Made by a program: the position numbers and the translations under genes. Below the pieces are notes generated by a model. The model did no database searches. It saw only the letters and a list, made by a program, of their open reading frames with translations, and was not told the origin of the DNA. Shown piece by piece: positions 57,722 to 64,000 of a stretch of 64,000 nucleotides of DNA (position 1 is its first letter; each line of letters opens with the position of its first letter). Source of the stretch: Raillietiella orientalis (Eukaryota); assembly GCA_036172245.1 (NCBI GenBank), contig JAYWIR010000088.1, positions 124,001-188,000 of the forward strand. The letters are read 5' to 3'.

Positions 57722-60700
57722 TCATAGTTTGGCAGGGGGCCAACTTATTGCACATTCTGCATGTAAACACTGTGGGAGCCACTCACAAAATTCCTTCAAA
57801 AGATCTAGAATGAGAAAAAAAAATTGTACATAATTTCACACTATTGTTTTATTTTATATACAATATTCAAATATGATGCTTACATTGTGAATCAGTCCTC
57901 CACTTATTATGAAGTGATGCTCTATCTCGAATGTCTTCTTCGACTAAACATTTCAACAATTTCTGAGTTCGTGGTAGCAGTTTGGCCCAACTTTTTCTCA
58001 TAGTTACTGGAGAACTCAGCAAAACTGACACATATTTTCCCAGAATTGGGAATACTTTGCCTTCTAATAGGAACTGGGCAAACCAACGATATGCATGCAG
58101 ATTATTTGGGTACTCTATTTCTTTTATTGGTAGCTTCCACCCCATTTTGTCTAAGGATATGGCTTAAGTCTAGCAAATAATATGAACTCTTGCATACCGA
58201 ATGTCACATTCACATGACAAACAACCTTTCCTGTTTTGTCATCAAAACGTGGAGCAGGATTTTCTAGTGGTTCTGATACTTGACACATTGTGGGTGCAAA
58301 CTGATGAATCCAACAAGCTTCTATAGCTACAATGCCTAAGCAACCAATTAAGAACCATTTATTTACGACAAACCTTTCATGTATAGTCTATCTGATTCTA
58401 TTATTTCAGAAAAGATTATGTATGGAGGTTGATACCTTCTCAACACAGAAGATGGATGAATGAAGACAAGTTTATCTACAAGGGTGCACTGATAAGCACC
58501 CTTCCATTTGCTGGGATCTTCCATTTTATTTATTTCACTTTCATCCAAAAGATGAGCAACATGATCAACATGACCAGATAAGAGCAGCTGCCTCAGTAGT
58601 TTGCAATGCATATCATCTGGAGGCTGCGAATTTAAGGTTTCAGACAAAAGCTGAGAATCTTTCAAGATTAAATTAATTTCTCTAACGAGCTGTAAACGCA
58701 ATTTTCGTATTTCTAATAAAGCCTTCAATCTTAATCCATGTTGATCTGCAAATTCCTGGCAATTAGATGAACATTCTGCTTCTAATACAGCTCTCAGAAC
58801 AACTGCTGAATCTCCAAGCTGTAAACTATGCCCCCTTCCAGCCCAGGACATGTATTTTTGTCTCAGATTTTGCCTTTCTTGCTCCTTTTCCTTTGAATCA
58901 CTTGGCAGCTGTAAGAACAGTTCTCTCACACTGAGAGCGGCCACCAAACAAATGCTGTATGGTAGCAAGTCATGCTGATTACTAAGCACAAGTAATTTTG
59001 CATAACGTGGTGCAACTGGAAAAGCAGCCATGGCTTTACCTAAAGTGGTTAATCGCCCACTCAACTCTTCTGGAGCAAAGTTGATTGAAAAATATTCCAA
59101 TAAACTTTTTGGTACCTTGACAAACAGGTTCAGCTGAATTGGAACAAACTTCCAAGGCACCAAGATGCAATAGTCTCCTCTCTCCTTCTTGTAACTGATT
59201 GACATCAGGAGGAGTAGGAAATGGAAAATGAATGACTTTGTCAATGTTCATAGCTTTCATTTGTAAAATAAGGTCATCAATAGGTCGACAACAGATCTCT
59301 GGCATGTGGAAATCAACAAAACCAGTAAATACTGCTGAAGAATACAATCTAGATCAGTAAAGCATATGCAGATCACTCAAAAAAACCTCTCCTACCTGTA
59401 ACAATGTCCAGGGCTTAGTCTTCCTGCTCTTCCAGCCCTCTGATCAGCTGATGCTTTGCTAGTGAATTTAATCTGGAAAGTAGAGATTCCAGTTACATTA
59501 TCAAATACACGGGCTTTGTATCTGCCAGTGTCCACCACGTATTTTACATTGGGAATGGTTAATGACGTTTCAGCTACATTAGTAGCCACCACACATAGGC
59601 GACATCCATCTGGTGGAGCAATAAATACCTAAAAAACCTTAAACTTTATGTTGCATTGTTTTTCCCCTTACTTTTTGTTGCATATGAGCTGGAAGCAATG
59701 AATACAAAGGCAGGACATACAGCGGCTCAAGAGTCATCTCTCCATGATTTACATTTTCAATTTCTTCATTCAAATCAACATCAGATCCAAAATCCTTCTC
59801 GTCACCTTCTTCTTCTTGCAGTGGTAAAGTAGCATAACTGATTAGTGTTGAAGCAATCAGCTCAGTCACTCTTACTCATCGAGACTGATGGAAGGAAGAA
59901 TTTCTTTTGACAGCTTGGTTTTTTTGTGATGGTCAGCTCGTTTTTTCTTCATCAACAAAGTTTGCGATTTAGTGTCCTCATTTCTTTCTACTGATTTATG
60001 CAAAGGGAATGTAGCTTGAAGTTTTTTACAAAGTGCATTCACTTCCTGTTGAGCTAAACGGCTGTTCAATCAAAGTAACTAAATCATATTCACCGGTGAC
60101 AAAAACAAGGATGCCACCTGCTGGCAACTGAGCATGAATTTTGCACACCTTGTGATAAGCAGCTAAAACATAATTATCTGCAGTCCTCCTACTGAAATGG
60201 ATGGTCACTGGAAACTGGCGACTCTCTACCTGTAACTAAATTTGATTCTGTCGTATCATTTCATGACTCACCTTAATCACTTGTGGAGATACATGGAAAA
60301 GACGCTGATTGTTTGTAAAATCGGCAAGGCGCAATGTAGCTGACATAATTATCAGTTTCAAAGGATCTTGTTTTTTGCGTCGTAGTGGCACAATCCGAGA
60401 CAGTAGTCCAATTAAGATATCAGTATACATGCTTCGTTCATGTGCCTCATCCAGTATTACAGCAGAATAGCTGGTCAACAGGAAATCCTACACAACATAA
60501 GTATCTGAATGAAAAAACTAATTTACTTTTTCAATTTCCCTCAACAAGATTCCATCAGTCATAAATTTAATTTTTGTTTTTGGAGTAGTGTTTCCTTCAA
60601 AACGAATCTGGTAAGATACTTCATCAGAGGTGAGGTTCATCTCATGTACTACCCTCTGAGACATGGTGATGGCTGCAACCCTTCGTGGTTCTGTGATAGC

Positions 60701-61929
60701 TATCTGCCGATTGCTACAAACAATATGGGACTAAAAAACGTATCCGCTCACTTACATACAATATCCAGCTTCATAAAGAAATTGAGGAACTTGTGTGGTT
60801 TTGCCACTACCAGTTTCTCCAGCAATTATGATTATATCATTTTCAGCAAGAGCTTCCATGATAGTTTGTTCTTCGGCTAAAACAGGAAGTTTCAAACGTG
60901 CTTCTTGCACTTCTGCTTTTCTAGAGACAGGCACGAATGTGGCTGGTTTTGTTTTTTCAGCAGGTATCTTCACACATGAAACCTTGGCATCTGCAGTTGC
61001 TACCAAATTGCTTTTACATGATTCATTCAACAAAACTTCTGAAGAATCCATCTTTTGATTCTGAACTGGAGAGGTGCGAGAGACATTATGATCCAAAGTC
61101 AGATCTTGACTGAATGAGTTAAACTGTGATGAAAGGTCATCATTTGTGAATTCAGTACCATCAAAATCATCTGACTGATTTAAATCCTGAAGTGTTTGTT
61201 AGTGAGAGCATGGGACAAAAATATGTTTACTTTCACTTTCATTTCAGCTTTATTTGATTGCAGAGTTTTGGATTTTTTCATCCTCCTGTGAGCTTTGCAA
61301 GTGCTGCTTGAAGGTTTTTGTTGCTTCATAAAAACAGGACCATTATCTTTACCATATAAGCTTTTGAATTTTCTTTTCCCAATGGTTTGAACACATATTG
61401 TGGGTGTGTATTTGCATGTCTCCTCTGTTTTCACCTCAACTTCCGATAGAAGTTTCAGAAGATGTGATCTCTAAATGTAAAATGTGAATGTTTAATGAAA
61501 AATACTTCAGAAAAAAACAATATCAGTATAAGCTGAGCAAATACTTTGAAAAATATTTACATTTTCCTTTTTCAATTTCTGATCCCTCTTCTTTTCCAGA
61601 AGTTTTCTCTGTTTCTTTGTGAGCATTCTAACCTTTTTTGGGGGGGGGCTCGCATTCCTCTGAACAGACTTAGAGGCTGGTAACATGAATAAGTTACTTG
61701 AATCATACTGTTCCTCCCTTATTGGAAGTTCATGCTGCACAATATCCTGATAAATCATTTTAACATGACAACACAGTCCATAACATCACATGCAATAAAA
61801 ATATAATTACATAATTAAAAATACTAATAACAGATATTCTAAAAAGCGTACTTTCGGCTTTGAAAGTGATGTGCATGTTAAATCAGAGTCCATAAGAAAT
61901 CTTTTACTCCTTTTCCTTTTTCTGGGCAT
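57722..61929 (-). CDS. DHX37: DEAH-box RNA helicase DHX37 (kurz/Dhr1), multi-exon
   Basis: [73 protein letters not shown]2/OB regions and the C-terminal [14 protein letters not shown]; first exon 61929-61852 (MPRKRKRSK); many short introns. Confidence 0.95.
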
Positions 61930-64000
61930 TTTTACAGTCTTTGTCTTTTAGCTAAGATTCCTCAAAATAGGTTACAGTACACCATTCAAGGATTAGATAT
62001 ACTTATGACTGATGTCCACAGTGCATTTTCCCTGAAAAATACCACAAATTCACTGACAAACACTGATCAATCATTGACGATCAAATATCTCTCGTCTTGA
62101 TTTTATTCTTTTGGAGACTCCCAATTCCCAATCAACCTCATTGCAATAATCAACGGGTCAGCTGCATGATTTCCTGACAAAAAGTTTTATGCATAAGAAT
62201 ATTTTCTGAAGCAGTAACGCAACCGTCCTTGTCATAAAGGTGTATTCAATTCGACAATTGATATGAATATGTATCCGAATTCGACCAAAATAAATTAGAA
62301 ACGGGTTTTACGTACGAAGCTTGATCGGGTTATCTTCCTCGCAGAAAACCCAAAGGGGAAAAACCCGTCTGAACCCGAGCTTCCGTGGCTACAATTTAAA
62401 TTCAGGCAAGAGCAACTCGCTACAAGAACAATCTACTTGGACATTGACAATGCCATCAACTTGTTAAGAACACGTGCACCGCTCTTTCGCAGGGTTCCCC
62501 ATTCCTTGCGAACCGCACGCCAGTTTCCGTCAGTCTAATGGTCTTTTTCCGAGATTTCACCAGTTCCATCAACATTGTCCATTCGGAATCGAATCATTGC
62601 TTGCTCCAGGTTATTTGGAAGCTATCGGTGATCTCAATGTTTTGAAATGAGATTTCGAAGTTTTAATTTTTTAATCTCGAAAAACCGACTTCGACCTCGA
62701 TTAATTGTAAATTTCTAATCCAGGAATTCAAGCTTGTTCATTTATTCATCGAAAGGATGAAAAATTACTCAAGCGTCTATCAAACTTTTAATGGCCACTG
62801 CTCCCTTTCTTCGATGATGGCAATCAATATTCACATCATAAAAAACACAGCAGTCGCTTTTTCTTTATCACGTGTTTAGTTGATATATAGAAGCACAACA
62901 TGAACCATTTTGCTAACGGTCTTTTCCTCTCTTCCTGTTTTTTGTTGGTAAAATGCCTGTTAGTAATATATGAATTCTGAAGGCACCACTAAAGTACACA
63001 ACTGTCCAGTTTGGTTACTTCAAATAGAACGAAATTGTTCCAACATATATGAAAAATATAGTGCTGTTGGATATAAGGTCAGTAATTCCAGCCATATATT
63101 TTTTAATATTTGCATCTGTTGCTAATTTGTTCAGGTCCATTCATCTGAATTTGTGGAGATTTTCGCTATTGCAGAACGCTATTGCTATGACGTATTTTAT
63201 TTTATTTTACCCCTTTTATTTCTGTTGATCACTGCACTAAATTGAGTCTGATTTGATGCAATGTCATGCGTCATTCCAACACATATTGAAGATACAGCTA
63301 CTTCTTTAATTATTTTGAACTTCTCTAGTTCCTCTTATTTATTTTTCCGATTTTTCCGTCACCTGAATTAGTTCATATAATTGCATTCTACTGTGTTTGT
63401 AAGGAAGGAATAATTATGATCCAAGGTACAATAACAATCATATGCAAGCAGACTTCATTGCTGTTCTCGCATAGACAAGAATACTGTTTTTACAATTTCA
63501 ATTAGATCCTTTTTCTGATAAACGAACTAATTTTATGATAACTTCCGAACGGTAGGGTAATGAGTACGCCCTGTATTTGCAACTGCTTCAGAAATTGATC
63601 TCCAATGCAACTACTCTTTCTTCTTTAGTGAGAAAATGAGCATCTTAGAAGGTTTTTTTCATTCCATTCGAAATTATGAATAATCAATTAATTGATCCAG
63701 TGAATCAGTGTCTACATCACACAAAACCTTTGATAAATTTGAAATAATTAATGCTTTCGAAGAAGAATTGTATGTTGGTAACACGGAAAAAAGAACACTG
63801 CTGGTATCCGGCTGTTGGATTGCGGGCGGCTTGTTGTGCACGTGCCTCGAAAATGTGCGTTTGTCGGAAAGAACGTTCATAGATCCTAGAAAGAAAACTC
63901 ACAAGTAAGTGTTCCCAACATTGGTATCCGGCATTTGGAGATTAAGTGTATTTGCAGGAATTCAGTTTTTTTAAAAGTTTTTTGTTACTTAATGTATGAA

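Noticed and set aside
62900..64000. Short ORFs and splice-like sites near the right edge
   Set aside because: No consistent frame or recognisable product; cannot be supported from the window.

Overview
Eukaryotic (animal, most likely arthropod) genomic DNA with very short GT-AG introns (37-60 nt), in two compartments. The left part (~1-47.6 kb) is GC- and CpG-rich. It holds a cathepsin L cluster: one minus-strand paralogue whose catalytic Cys is replaced by Asp, and two near-identical intact plus-strand copies inside a ~10.9-kb tandem duplication that begins at a 100-N gap. It also holds an arthropod SmydA-type MYND/SET gene, about ten decayed and internally deleted L1/Tx1-type LINE remnants, and a ~1-kb repeat with tRNA-like heads. 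The right part (~49.5-64 kb) is AT-rich and holds conserved genes: a myotubularin (MTM1/MTMR2 type), HEN1 and DHX37. Strongest leads: (1) HEN1 starts only 39 nt after the myotubularin stop, with AATAAA and a 3' splice acceptor in the spacer, suggesting an operon or trans-splicing arrangement; (2) an unidentified ~650-nt highly structured element at 48.0-48.7 kb whose G-U pairs point to a plus-strand RNA; (3) the probable pseudo-protease cathepsin. Exon boundaries were read by eye and TE boundaries are approximate.
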